Positions 49,296 to 58,080 of a stretch of 64,000 bases of DNA are shown here, one piece after another. The notes beneath the pieces were generated by a model. That model did not search any database. It saw only the letters and a list, made by a program, of their open reading frames with translations, and was not told the origin of the DNA. The DNA comes from Candidatus Levyibacteriota bacterium (lineage in GTDB: Bacteria > Patescibacteriota > Microgenomatia > Levybacterales > GWA1-39-11). The stretch's first letter is position 1. The number at the start of each line of letters is the position of its first letter. The DNA lies in NCBI GenBank assembly GCA_036788695.1, contig DAIQMY010000002.1:66394-130393 (forward strand), read 5' to 3'. The translations under genes and the position numbers were made by a program.

Positions 49296-49756
49296 AATTA
49301 AAATTAATCAACAGACAGAAAAGAAACCTATCTCAGTCTGCTAGAAAAATAGGAGATAAAAAAAGAAATGATATTCTGTTTCTGTTGTTTTTTATAGGAA
49401 TTACTTTTTTTTCGGCATCAATTCTTTTATATATATTTCAAGACACTATTCCAAAAATTAAGCTGCCTTCAAGTACAACCGTCATGAATCCTCGGCCAGC
49501 TGAGGTAGAAGATTCAATTCCTACAGTGCTTAATTCTGAGGGAGTAGTCTTTGAGAAGGTCTACTATGCGACTGAATCTCCAACAATTGTTGTGCGCCTG
49601 CCGGATAATGTGTATGCATACCTTTTAACGAATGCAGATTCAGTGTCTCAGGTGAGGCTATTGAAAAATATTTTATTAAGACTTCAAATTGAGAATAAGA
49701 ACAAAAAGTTAAAATACGTGGACTTACGGTTTGAAAAACCTATTATCAAGTTTTAA
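49292..49756 (+). CDS. Minimal FtsQ/DivIB-like bitopic protein (assigned by position; weak C-terminal DLRF motif)
   Basis: Basic cytoplasmic N-terminus, one TM, ~100-aa exported beta-rich domain ending KYVDLRFEKPII. Occupies the ftsQ slot between murG and ftsA. Confidence 0.35.
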   Translation: MKLKLINRQKRNLSQSARKIGDKKRNDILFLLFFIGITFFSASILLYIFQDTIPKIKLPSSTTVMNPRPAEVEDSIPTVLNSEGVVFEKVYYATESPTIVVRLPDNVYAYLLTNADSVSQVRLLKNILLRLQIENKNKKLKYVDLRFEKPIIKF

Positions 49757-50042
49757 TTGAAGCATCTAAGGTGCTTGTAAAACCTGTGTATTTGTACTAT
49801 AACAAGTATATATTCATACCTTTCGTATGAACTGAATACAAAATTTATGGCAACCAAATGGATATGTAATTTGGTTTCTACTGTGTATTCATGTATGTAA
49901 TATTGTATACTTAATTGTACCGTTTATTTCGCAAGCGCAGTACTCTATGCGCAAGAAAAAGTAAGATACTCTGCGGCACGAGCCCGGGGAGCTTCAGTTA
50001 CATGTACGGTAAAGTGAGTAGGTGTTTTAAAAATTAAAAAAT

Positions 50043-51320
50043 ATGGCTGATTCACAAATTGTTGTAGGCGTTGATATAGGCTCTTCAAAAATTGCTACAT
50101 TAATTGGAAAAATAGAAGAGGAAACCATAAATATTCTTGGAGTTTCTGAACTTCCCTCTAAAGGAATCAGGAAAGGGCAAATTGTAGATATTGAGGAAGC
50201 TGCTTCTTCAATAAATGCTTCACTGGATGCAGCAGAGCGAATGGCAGGATATTCAGTAGGGCGGGTTTTTGTGTCTGTTTCAGGAATTCACATAGAATCG
50301 CAGAACTCAAAGGGTATTGTGGCTATTGCTTCTCCTCAGGGTGAGATAGCTGATTCTGATGTGGGGCGCGTATTGGAGGCTGCAGGTGCCGTATCGTTAC
50401 CTTCTACTGCTACCATAATTCACGTGTTACCAAAAACCTTTACGGTGGATGGAGAGAGTGGAATAAAAGATCCAATAGGCATGACAGGTGTGCGATTAGA
50501 AGTTGATACCCACATAATAACGGCTAATACTACTTCTGTCAGAAATATTGATCGCGTGTTTGAGCAGGAGGCTGGAGTGGGTATTAACGCGCTTGTTTTT
50601 TCAGGTTTAGCCTCATCATTGGCAGTGTTAACTGAGACTGAAAAGGAGTTAGGGGTAGTACTGGTAGATATTGGGGCAGGAATTACAAATATTTGTGTAT
50701 TTGTGGATGGAGCACTTGCATATTCTTCTGTTATACCAATTGGCGCACGTCACATAACAAACGATTTAGCAATTGGGCTTCGGATTTCACTTGAGTCTGC
50801 TGAGAAAATTAAGCTTTATCTTTCACAAAAATATGGCAAAAAGTCACAGGGTGGGGATGAGGAGACAGGGGATGAGATAGATCTGTCCGAGTTGAGGCTA
50901 TCGGAGGAGCTGAAGAAGGTTTCCAAGAAAACGCTCATAGACGGCATTATCAGACCAAGATTAAATGAATTGTTTACCATGATAGGGATTGAGTTGAAGA
51001 AATCAGGTTTTGCTACACAAACCCCTGCGGGACTTGTTATTACTGGTGGAGGAGCAAGAACAATTGGCGCACAAGAATCAGCTAAAAGAATGCTTTCCAT
51101 GCCTGTGAGAGTTGGAGTTCCTACTCACCTAACAGGACTTATAGATGATGTAGAGAATCCATCATTTTCAACTGCAATTGGGCTATTAACATTTGGACGT
51201 AATTTTACTGTTGCGGAATCTTCTGGTATGTTAGAGGGAATTTTTTCCATGATTCCTGGGAAAAAAACAGCAGACCTATCCGGAAAGTTTAAAAAACTAC
51301 TCAAGAATTTCATTCCTTAG
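50043..51320 (+). CDS. ftsA: Cell division protein FtsA
   Basis: VVGVDIGSSKIATLIG, actin-fold motifs (VLVDIGAGITNI, ITGGGA). Confidence 0.85.
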   Translation: MADSQIVVGVDIGSSKIATLIGKIEEETINILGVSELPSKGIRKGQIVDIEEAASSINASLDAAERMAGYSVGRVFVSVSGIHIESQNSKGIVAIASPQGEIADSDVGRVLEAAGAVSLPSTATIIHVLPKTFTVDGESGIKDPIGMTGVRLEVDTHIITANTTSVRNIDRVFEQEAGVGINALVFSGLASSLAVLTETEKELGVVLVDIGAGITNICVFVDGALAYSSVIPIGARHITNDLAIGLRISLESAEKIKLYLSQKYGKKSQGGDEETGDEIDLSELRLSEELKKVSKKTLIDGIIRPRLNELFTMIGIELKKSGFATQTPAGLVITGGGARTIGAQESAKRMLSMPVRVGVPTHLTGLIDDVENPSFSTAIGLLTFGRNFTVAESSGMLEGIFSMIPGKKTADLSGKFKKLLKNFIP

Positions 51321-51379
51321 CCTCATTTCCCTATATATAAAATTGTCTTAAAATATCGAAATTTACTTGAACTAACTTC

Positions 51380-51408
51380 TTGCAATACCCTATTTCCTGT
51401 GCTAGTAT
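51380..51408 (+). promoter_or_regulatory. Candidate internal ftsZ promoter: TTGCAA-17-TAGTAT
   Basis: Hexamers and spacing read in the ftsA-ftsZ intergenic region. Confidence 0.3.
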
Positions 51409-51525
51409 GAGTATGCTTCATGTACCGGGTAATAGTATGTTTTAGACCAAAAATGTAATCATTTTTTGGGCGCAAGCATAGCTACCTTAGAGTTATAATT
51501 ACATTGTAGATTAAAATAAATAGTT

Positions 51526-52674
51526 ATGTTCATCAGACCACAAACAGCTTCATTTGCAAAAATTAGAGTAATAGGTATAGGTGGAGGTGGCGGAAATGTT
51601 GTCAATTCCATGATTCGTGAATCCCAGATAAAAGGGGTAGACTTTATTGCTATAAATACAGATGGTCAGGCACTTCTTAACTCACAAGCATCAGCAAAAA
51701 TTCAGATAGGGGAGAACTTAACGAAAGGATTAGGGTCAGGAGGAAATCCTGAAATCGGTGAAAAATCTGCTCTTGAGTCCCGCGATAAAGTAAAAGAGTT
51801 ATTGGAGGGAACGGATATGGTGTTTATCACAGCAGGTATGGGAGGCGGAACAGGAACCGGGGCTGCCCCAGTTATTGCTGAAGTTGCAAAAGAGGTAGGA
51901 GCTTTAACTGTTGCGGTAGTGACTAAGCCGTTTACGTTTGAGGGTACCAGGCGAGCTGTTGCAGCAGATGAGGGGATAGAACAGCTAAAGGATAAAGTAG
52001 ACACACTTATTGTAATCCCCAACCAGAGAATCTTAGAAGTAGTAGATAAAAAGCTTTCTCTTTTGGAGGCGTTTAAAATTGCTGATTCCGTTCTGAATCA
52101 TGGCGTGCAGGGAATTTCAGATTTGATAACTATTCCTGGATTGGTGAATGTAGACTTTGCTGATGTGAAGTCTATCATGAGTGATGCAGGATCAGCACTT
52201 ATGGGAATAGGGATAGGAGTTGGAGAGAATAGAGCTCAGCATGCGGCACGTCAGGCTATCTCATCTCCGCTTTTGGAGGTATCCATGGAAGGAGCACGCG
52301 GAGTACTCTTTAACATTATAGGTGGACTTGATATAACCATGTCTGAAGTTGACGAGGCTTCAAAGATCATAACGGCAGCAGCTGATCCGGATGCGAATAT
52401 TATATTTGGTGCTACAATTGATGAAACTATGCATGATCAGATAAAGATTACGGTTATTGCAACAGGATTTGATGAGTCCAGACGAAGGCTTAGAGAGTTT
52501 GCACAATCATCAGGAGTTCCATTTCAAGCACCTTCATATGAGGAAAAAAAGCAGGAGCAGGTAACCGTAACGTCTTCGCAAAGCACACAGCAAGAAGTAG
52601 CTCAAGAGAAGAAGAAAGAGGAAGAAGGAGAGGACTTTTTTGACATCCCCGCCTTCCTAAGACAGAGGAATTAA
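51526..52674 (+). CDS. ftsZ: Cell division GTPase FtsZ
   Basis: [35 protein letters not shown] (tubulin signature), C-terminal tail [10 protein letters not shown]. Confidence 0.9.
   Translation: MFIRPQTASFAKIRVIGIGGGGGNVVNSMIRESQIKGVDFIAINTDGQALLNSQASAKIQIGENLTKGLGSGGNPEIGEKSALESRDKVKELLEGTDMVFITAGMGGGTGTGAAPVIAEVAKEVGALTVAVVTKPFTFEGTRRAVAADEGIEQLKDKVDTLIVIPNQRILEVVDKKLSLLEAFKIADSVLNHGVQGISDLITIPGLVNVDFADVKSIMSDAGSALMGIGIGVGENRAQHAARQAISSPLLEVSMEGARGVLFNIIGGLDITMSEVDEASKIITAAADPDANIIFGATIDETMHDQIKITVIATGFDESRRRLREFAQSSGVPFQAPSYEEKKQEQVTVTSSQSTQQEVAQEKKKEEEGEDFFDIPAFLRQRN
52647..52664 (+). repeat. Direct repeat copy 1 (CCCCGCCTTCCTAAGACA), within the ftsZ 3' end that encodes the PAFLRQ tail
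   Basis: Exact 18-mer repeated at 53066-53083. A diverged copy lies at 61600-61617. Confidence 0.8.
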
Positions 52675-52676
52675 AA

Positions 52677-53063
52677 ATGAGGAGAGAAAGATTAATATCA
52701 AGTTTGCCTGTAAATCTTGCTACCAGAATTGACGCAGGGTTAACATTGGGTAGAGTTATCAAGGAGTCAAGAAATAACCCAAATGTTAAAGGAGTAGAAA
52801 TACACATAGGAGAAGTTGAAAACCTCGTGCATCTTGCAATAAAAGGACAAGGAAACATGTGTGATGTTTCTAAAGCAGCTCTTGTTCAAAATGAGGGATC
52901 TGACGAAATTACTAATAAATACGGAGAATCGAATCTAATTGTTTCTCATTCCACTGACTTGTCAAGCAGTCGGGAGTTATCTGATATAGGTCCTTACAAA
53001 GACACCTCCGGTAGCGATTTATTTGGTAATCAAATTGTCGGTGTTTGGAAACCTCGTAGATAA
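52677..53063 (+). CDS. Hypothetical 128-aa protein in a ~0.4 kb cassette flanked by perfect 18-bp direct repeats
   Basis: ORF starts 3 nt after the ftsZ stop. No recognisable motif. Confidence 0.4.
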   Translation: MRRERLISSLPVNLATRIDAGLTLGRVIKESRNNPNVKGVEIHIGEVENLVHLAIKGQGNMCDVSKAALVQNEGSDEITNKYGESNLIVSHSTDLSSSRELSDIGPYKDTSGSDLFGNQIVGVWKPRR

Positions 53064-53065
53064 AA

Positions 53066-53083
53066 CCCCGCCTTCCTAAGACA
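53066..53083 (+). repeat. Direct repeat copy 2. In frame it reads N-P-A-F-L-R-Q-R-N-stop, just after the stop of the 128-aa ORF.
   Basis: Identical 18-mer. Regenerates an ftsZ-tail-like coding end. Confidence 0.8.
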
Positions 53084-53089
53084 ACGAAA

Positions 53090-53584
53090 CTAACTTTTGC
53101 CTATCTTTTTTAAAACTTCTCCCATTTTTTTTCCAAAGTCGCTGGAGTTGACGATATAATCATGAAACATTTGTTTGAATTCAGTTAATACTTTATCTCT
53201 GTCATTTGGTTGAGAGTTAGCTATGGTTACAGCTAACTGATATAACAGAATTGGGGAGATATCAAGCCACTTACCGTTAATTCTAAGGAAGATTAAGATG
53301 GTCATTACAGCAATTCTTTTGTTCCCATTTGCGAAAGGGTGATTTTTTATCAATGAATAAAACAAAGCTGCAGTTAGGTCAACTAATGTTGGATTATCTG
53401 TATTATGAAATGTATTTTTAGGAGAAGCCAAGGATGATTCTAGCAAGGGAATATCCCGTGTTGAATAGTCAGGAATTGGCTCGCCGAACGACATAAGTTC
53501 TCTAGCGAGGTTGAAGCAGATAAACTCAAAATCTTCTACGTTTAACCACTTAGGCTGCAGCAAGTCTTCGGAATGTTTCCTCAT
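53090..53584 (-). CDS. doc: Fic/Doc-family toxin (death-on-curing type)
   Basis: HPFANGNKRIAV matches the Fic/Doc motif HPFx[DE]GN[GK]R. Size ~160 aa. Confidence 0.7.
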   Translation of the reverse strand: MRKHSEDLLQPKWLNVEDFEFICFNLARELMSFGEPIPDYSTRDIPLLESSLASPKNTFHNTDNPTLVDLTAALFYSLIKNHPFANGNKRIAVMTILIFLRINGKWLDISPILLYQLAVTIANSQPNDRDKVLTEFKQMFHDYIVNSSDFGKKMGEVLKKIGKS

Positions 53585-53675
53585 ATTGTTTTACACCTTT
53601 GCTTACTGCCTTTTTAATTATTTTAGCTTTCTTAGGGTTATTTTTTTCGTATTTTTTGATTTGAGAATTTGTCAT
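53550..53675 (-). CDS. Possible 41-aa lysine-rich upstream partner ORF overlapping the doc start (antitoxin candidate)
   Basis: ATG at 53675. Translation MTNSQIKKYEKNNPKKAKIIKKAVSKGVKQYEETFRRLAAA. Overlaps doc by ~35 nt as in phd-doc pairs. Too short to assign. Confidence 0.2.
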   Translation of the reverse strand: MTNSQIKKYEKNNPKKAKIIKKAVSKGVKQYEETFRRLAAA

Positions 53676-53736
53676 GAATTTATTATAACACAATAGTTAT
53701 ATTACACAGCAATTATATGTTGCGCGACATGAAGGT

Positions 53737-54099
53737 TTATGGACGCTCATTGAATCTTTGAGTAATGATTGTATGGTCTGCTCTTAAAAGAGATAAAACA
53801 TAGCATTTAGTTTTTTTGTTCTTAGCTGTAAAAGTTATGATTTCTCTTTCAACTTCTTGAAAGAAAGGCCAGTGAAATCCCTTTGCATCAGCTGTAAGTA
53901 TGAGTGAACCAGTTAAAATAGCAGTAGCACAAATAAACTTGTCCCCATGATCTATAGAGTTCACATCTACATTTTCTAATTTCATGATGTTGTCAAGTTG
54001 AGCAGCAGCTACTAAAACTTCTACGGATAAAAAGTAACGAAAGTAAGGGTTTAATAGTTCTAGCATTCTTTTTTCCTTATCTTGTTTGTTGCCCCTCAA
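53737..54099 (-). pseudogene. PIN-domain-like remnant (C-terminal half only)
   Basis: FICATAILTGSLILTADAKGF resembles the last PIN strand/helix (IAATAL..LVTRN..DF). The upstream reading frame is open but has no start codon before a stop at 54172, so the N-terminal part is missing. Confidence 0.3.
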
Positions 54100-54379
54100 G
54101 AGTTCAAGTCCGTGTTGAAAGGGGATGGTGGAAAATACTTTCTCAATTAAAAACTGATACAGGGAAGGGCTTTAAAGAGCTTATAGAGGATGCTTTAGTT
54201 AACACCTATTGCATAGGAAAAAATGGAAAACCTGAAAAAGTTTCAAATCACCAGCGACAAGCGAAAAATACTGTTCTCGCGAGGAACTGAAACATAGAGT
54301 AGCTTGTGGTTTGAGAGTAGGGATTAGGTTTTCTTAATCTCTACAAATTAGGCCTTATAGCTTTGTCATCAAGACGTAT

Positions 54380-55129
54380 TTGAGGTATACTACGGGAGTG
54401 AAAAACGAAGCCTCGACATATTTTTTCATTGGTAGAATTTCTGACTTTTCTGCCGAGTATCAAGTGCAAAATAAATTTATCGATGGCAATTACGTGTTTG
54501 AGTTATTTATGAGTGGTATTTCTATATGGGGGAAATCAGATAAACCCTTTGAAGAAGTCCGCTCTGAAATTATACAAATGCTAGACACAATCTTTGGTTT
54601 ATTTACTCTTTCTACAAATAAACCTCTTATTTATACACTTGAGCACTGGGTGGAGACAAAGGAAAATGTTGCTACGAAAAATATAATTGGTTGGTTCAAG
54701 CCTACTAATAACCCCGTTAGAGTTCGTTCAATGAGAAGCCCTATTAACACAGCTTGGAAAAATTCTGTTAAGTACTGTAGAAAGGTATTGAGCTCTAACC
54801 CAAACTATAGCCTTGCATTACAGGACTATCATAAGTCAATTATAGATACGGGTGATGAGGCTTTCTTTTATGCGTATAGAGCTGTAGAAGATATTTGCAG
54901 GGCTGTATCTGGAATGGACGATACAAAAGAGAGTGCATGGGATAAAATGCATAAGGATTTAGGAACTACTAAGGAGCAGTTAGACTCATTATTGAAGGTT
55001 GCTGAAGAAATAAGGCATGGTAAGAAAAATACGCAAAAAATTAAAGATGCAAGAACAAAAAGAGCAGAGTTATTAGGTGCCTCAAAGCAGATAGTTGAAA
55101 TTGCTTTTAATAAACATATATTTATGTAG
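54380..55129 (+). CDS. Hypothetical protein (249 aa) inside the island
   Basis: Clean ORF, no recognisable motif. Confidence 0.35.
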   Translation: MRYTTGVKNEASTYFFIGRISDFSAEYQVQNKFIDGNYVFELFMSGISIWGKSDKPFEEVRSEIIQMLDTIFGLFTLSTNKPLIYTLEHWVETKENVATKNIIGWFKPTNNPVRVRSMRSPINTAWKNSVKYCRKVLSSNPNYSLALQDYHKSIIDTGDEAFFYAYRAVEDICRAVSGMDDTKESAWDKMHKDLGTTKEQLDSLLKVAEEIRHGKKNTQKIKDARTKRAELLGASKQIVEIAFNKHIFM

Positions 55130-55200
55130 TTTTTAGTACTTCATTTGTTTCAAGGTGATGTTGTCTTTTCAAGAGAGTGGAATAAGAGCTATAAGATTGA

Positions 55201-55896
55201 TTAACTCCACAACGAATAAGATATGTCTCTAAATTTAATCTTTATATCCGGTTTTTCATCCGCCCAGGCTTTAAGATAAACCCTTCTTCTGAAGGATGGG
55301 TCTATTCGTTGTGCAAAAATTACTTCGTTTTGGAGTTTTACTTGCATAAAGTTGTCTTTGTTGATAGTGACATGAAACGTTCTTAATCCAGGGTTATCTG
55401 ACTTAACAGAGCTAAAATCGGGGTTTCCAAGGTCAAAATTGTCATAGTACTTCCATACAGGTAGCAAGTTTCCTTTCTTTTCATATTCGCTTCCAGTGTG
55501 AATTGTTATGCCTTTTTTTGCGTCTACAATTTCATTAGCTCTTAATCTTTCATTTCCGATTACAAATCCTGCTCGTCAAAACTCAGGTTGCCCTTTTAAT
55601 GTGATAGAAAAAGTTAAAGATTTTATATAACGACCCTTCAAGTCTAAAGACAACACGTCTTGTTTCTGTGGCCATTCTTCACGTTCTCTACAATGAGCTA
55701 TCCAGTTTTCAGGAGACATTTTACTCAAATAGCCTTTTATTGTTTCCCATGCCTGATTTAGTAAATCTGATATCTGTTTACCGAAAACAACTTTTATAAA
55801 AAAAACAATTATTAGTAACGAGATTACATGGACATAAATGTTTATTGCTGGAATTTCTATTGACTGAAGTGAGACTTTGATTGTTTGAGTATTCAT
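55201..55896 (-). pseudogene. Membrane-anchored protein gene interrupted by a single in-frame TGA (at 55576-55578)
   Basis: ORFs 55576..55896 and 55201..55467 are in the same frame. The 36 codons between them are open (…KGQPEF*RAGFVIGNERLRANEIVDAKKGITIHTGSEYEKKGN-LPVWKYY…). TGA is clearly a stop elsewhere in this window. Confidence 0.35.
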
Positions 55897-56026
55897 AAAT
55901 CCATCATATTATATCAGTATAGAACAAAAATAAATTACCAGTTATGGTTGAAATGTGCCTACATATAATAATCATGCGACATAAAACTGCTACATATTGT
56001 TGACATTTAAAAGTGAATGATAAATA

Positions 56027-56218
56027 ATGATAAATATGACCAATATGAAAGTTGAAGAGTATTACTCTTTAGATGAGGTCGCAAAATTGCTAAAAGTTGC
56101 ATATCTTACAGTTTATCGTTGGGTACAAACTAAAAAGCTCACTGCTCTTAAGGCTGGTAAGCAATATAGGATTAAAAAGGAAGACTTAGACTCTTTTTTG
56201 AAAAATTATAAAGAATAA
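56027..56218 (+). CDS. Excisionase/MerR-superfamily helix-turn-helix DNA-binding protein
   Basis: YSLDEVAKLLKVAYLTVYRWVQTKKLTALKAGKQYRIKKEDLDSFL matches the HTH_17 excisionase-type pattern. Confidence 0.5.
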   Translation: MINMTNMKVEEYYSLDEVAKLLKVAYLTVYRWVQTKKLTALKAGKQYRIKKEDLDSFLKNYKE

Positions 56219-56223
56219 TTACT

Positions 56224-58077
56224 ATGAAAGACCCAATTGATAAAATAAATAAAAAAGCTACTCCTAACTTAAAGGAACTCCTGAAAAGTGACGCACCTTA
56301 CATCGTAGAAGACGGTAAGGTAAATCTAGAAAAGCTGAAGGGCTTGCTTGCAGGAGAAACGACCGAAAAGGAAGACGATAGGTTTTATTTTAACTGGGCT
56401 GGTAAAGACAAAGTGTTTCAAGCTATCCAAGCCCCTGCCTATTCAACCCTAGTACCTCAAAAAAATAAGTCCATCGGATGGGATGAGACTGAAAATCTAA
56501 TGATAGTTGGAGAAAACTTAGAAACTCTTAAGCTACTCCTAAAACCTTACTTTGGTAAAGTTAAGGTTATATACGTAGACCCACCTTACAATACTGGGAA
56601 TGATTTTATTTATAAAGACAATTTTTCATTACCACTAAAGGAATACTTTGAGAGAACTGGTCAAAAAGATGGAAATGGTAGTCGTATGACAACTAATTCA
56701 GAAGCAAATGGTCGGTTTCATTCTGATTGGTTAAATTTTATGTTCACACGTCTATTTTTAGCACGAAATTTACTAACAGACGATGGTATTATTTACATTT
56801 CTATAGACGATAAGGAAGTACATCATTTAAGGATGTTAATGGATGAGGTATTTGGCGAGGATAATTTTCTAACAATGTTCTTGTGGAAGAGTAGGCAGAC
56901 GACGGATAGCAGGAAAGACACACACACTTCAACAGACCACGAATATATAATTTCATACTGTAAAAATATAAGCAACTTTAGTGCAAAAGGCAGTCCAATA
57001 GATGTTACAAAGTATTCAAATCCCGATAATGACCCCAGAGGGGATTGGGCAAGTATTGACTTGTCTGTTCAGGCTACAAAAGACCAGCGTCCAAACCAAT
57101 TTTACGATATAGTTGACCCTAACACTGGAAACAAATATCCAGCTAACCCCAATAGAGTATGGTCAAAATCTAGGGCAGTTGTAGAGCAAATGATAAAGGA
57201 GAAGAGAATTTTATTTCCTGAAAGTGGTAATGGTCGCCCAAGAGAGAAAAAGTTTATTGCAGACTTAAAATCAGGTATTACTGGTTTTTCCTCATGGTTA
57301 GATAGTACAAAAGTTGGGTATACAACAAATGGAACTAGAGAGCTATCTGAGTTGTTTGAAGGTAGAATTTTTGATTTTCCAAAGCCAACAAGTTTATTAA
57401 AAACCATATTTAATCAGTCTCTAGGTAAAGACGATTTGATTATGGATTTTTTTGCTGGTTCGGGTTCCACGGGTCATGCGGTCGCACAGCTCAATAAAGA
57501 AGATGGAGGGAATAGAAAGTTTATTTTAGTTCAGATACCCGAACCAACAGACGAAATAAGTGAAGCATTTAGAGCCGGTTATAAATCCATTTCAGATGTA
57601 TGTATTGAACGACTTAAACGAGTATCTAAAAAAGTTGAAAATAGTCTAAAATTCAAGGTATTTAGTCTTTCTTCTTCAAATTTTAATCTTAAAGATGAGT
57701 TTGAATTAGCTGAAAATAAAGACCTTGGAGAGCTTAAGAATACCTATCTAAAGGAGCTAGGACTGTATGTAGACCAACCAACCGTAATAGCAGCCAACAC
57801 TTTGGATATCGTCTATGAAATAATTCTAAAAAATGGTTTTTCTCTTAATTCCAAAATTGATGAGCTAAAGCTAGGTTCCAACAATTTCTATAAGGTAACG
57901 GATGCGGAGAATGAACTAGAGATACACGTATCCCTTGACTCCAAAATTGAGGATGTGTCGGTGGAAGTTATACGTACTACAGAGTATAAGGGTAAGACGT
58001 TTGTCTTTTATGATAATGCCCTTACTGATAGCCAAAAGATAAATCTAAATACCTTTGTGAAATTGCAGGTAATTTAA
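56224..58077 (+). CDS. mod: Type III restriction-modification methyltransferase (Mod), N6-adenine, beta class
   Basis: VIYVDPPYNTGNDFIYKDNF (motif IV DPPY) precedes DFFAGSGSTGHAV (motif I FxGxG). The central region is variable, as expected for a target-recognition domain. Confidence 0.8.
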   Translation: MKDPIDKINKKATPNLKELLKSDAPYIVEDGKVNLEKLKGLLAGETTEKEDDRFYFNWAGKDKVFQAIQAPAYSTLVPQKNKSIGWDETENLMIVGENLETLKLLLKPYFGKVKVIYVDPPYNTGNDFIYKDNFSLPLKEYFERTGQKDGNGSRMTTNSEANGRFHSDWLNFMFTRLFLARNLLTDDGIIYISIDDKEVHHLRMLMDEVFGEDNFLTMFLWKSRQTTDSRKDTHTSTDHEYIISYCKNISNFSAKGSPIDVTKYSNPDNDPRGDWASIDLSVQATKDQRPNQFYDIVDPNTGNKYPANPNRVWSKSRAVVEQMIKEKRILFPESGNGRPREKKFIADLKSGITGFSSWLDSTKVGYTTNGTRELSELFEGRIFDFPKPTSLLKTIFNQSLGKDDLIMDFFAGSGSTGHAVAQLNKEDGGNRKFILVQIPEPTDEISEAFRAGYKSISDVCIERLKRVSKKVENSLKFKVFSLSSSNFNLKDEFELAENKDLGELKNTYLKELGLYVDQPTVIAANTLDIVYEIILKNGFSLNSKIDELKLGSNNFYKVTDAENELEIHVSLDSKIEDVSVEVIRTTEYKGKTFVFYDNALTDSQKINLNTFVKLQVI

Positions 58078-58080
58078 CTC

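Noticed and set aside
55576-55578. In-frame TGA read as possible UGA recoding (genetic code 25, as in some CPR lineages)
   Set aside because: TGA terminates many well-conserved genes in this window, often as ATGA start/stop overlaps, so the standard code applies.
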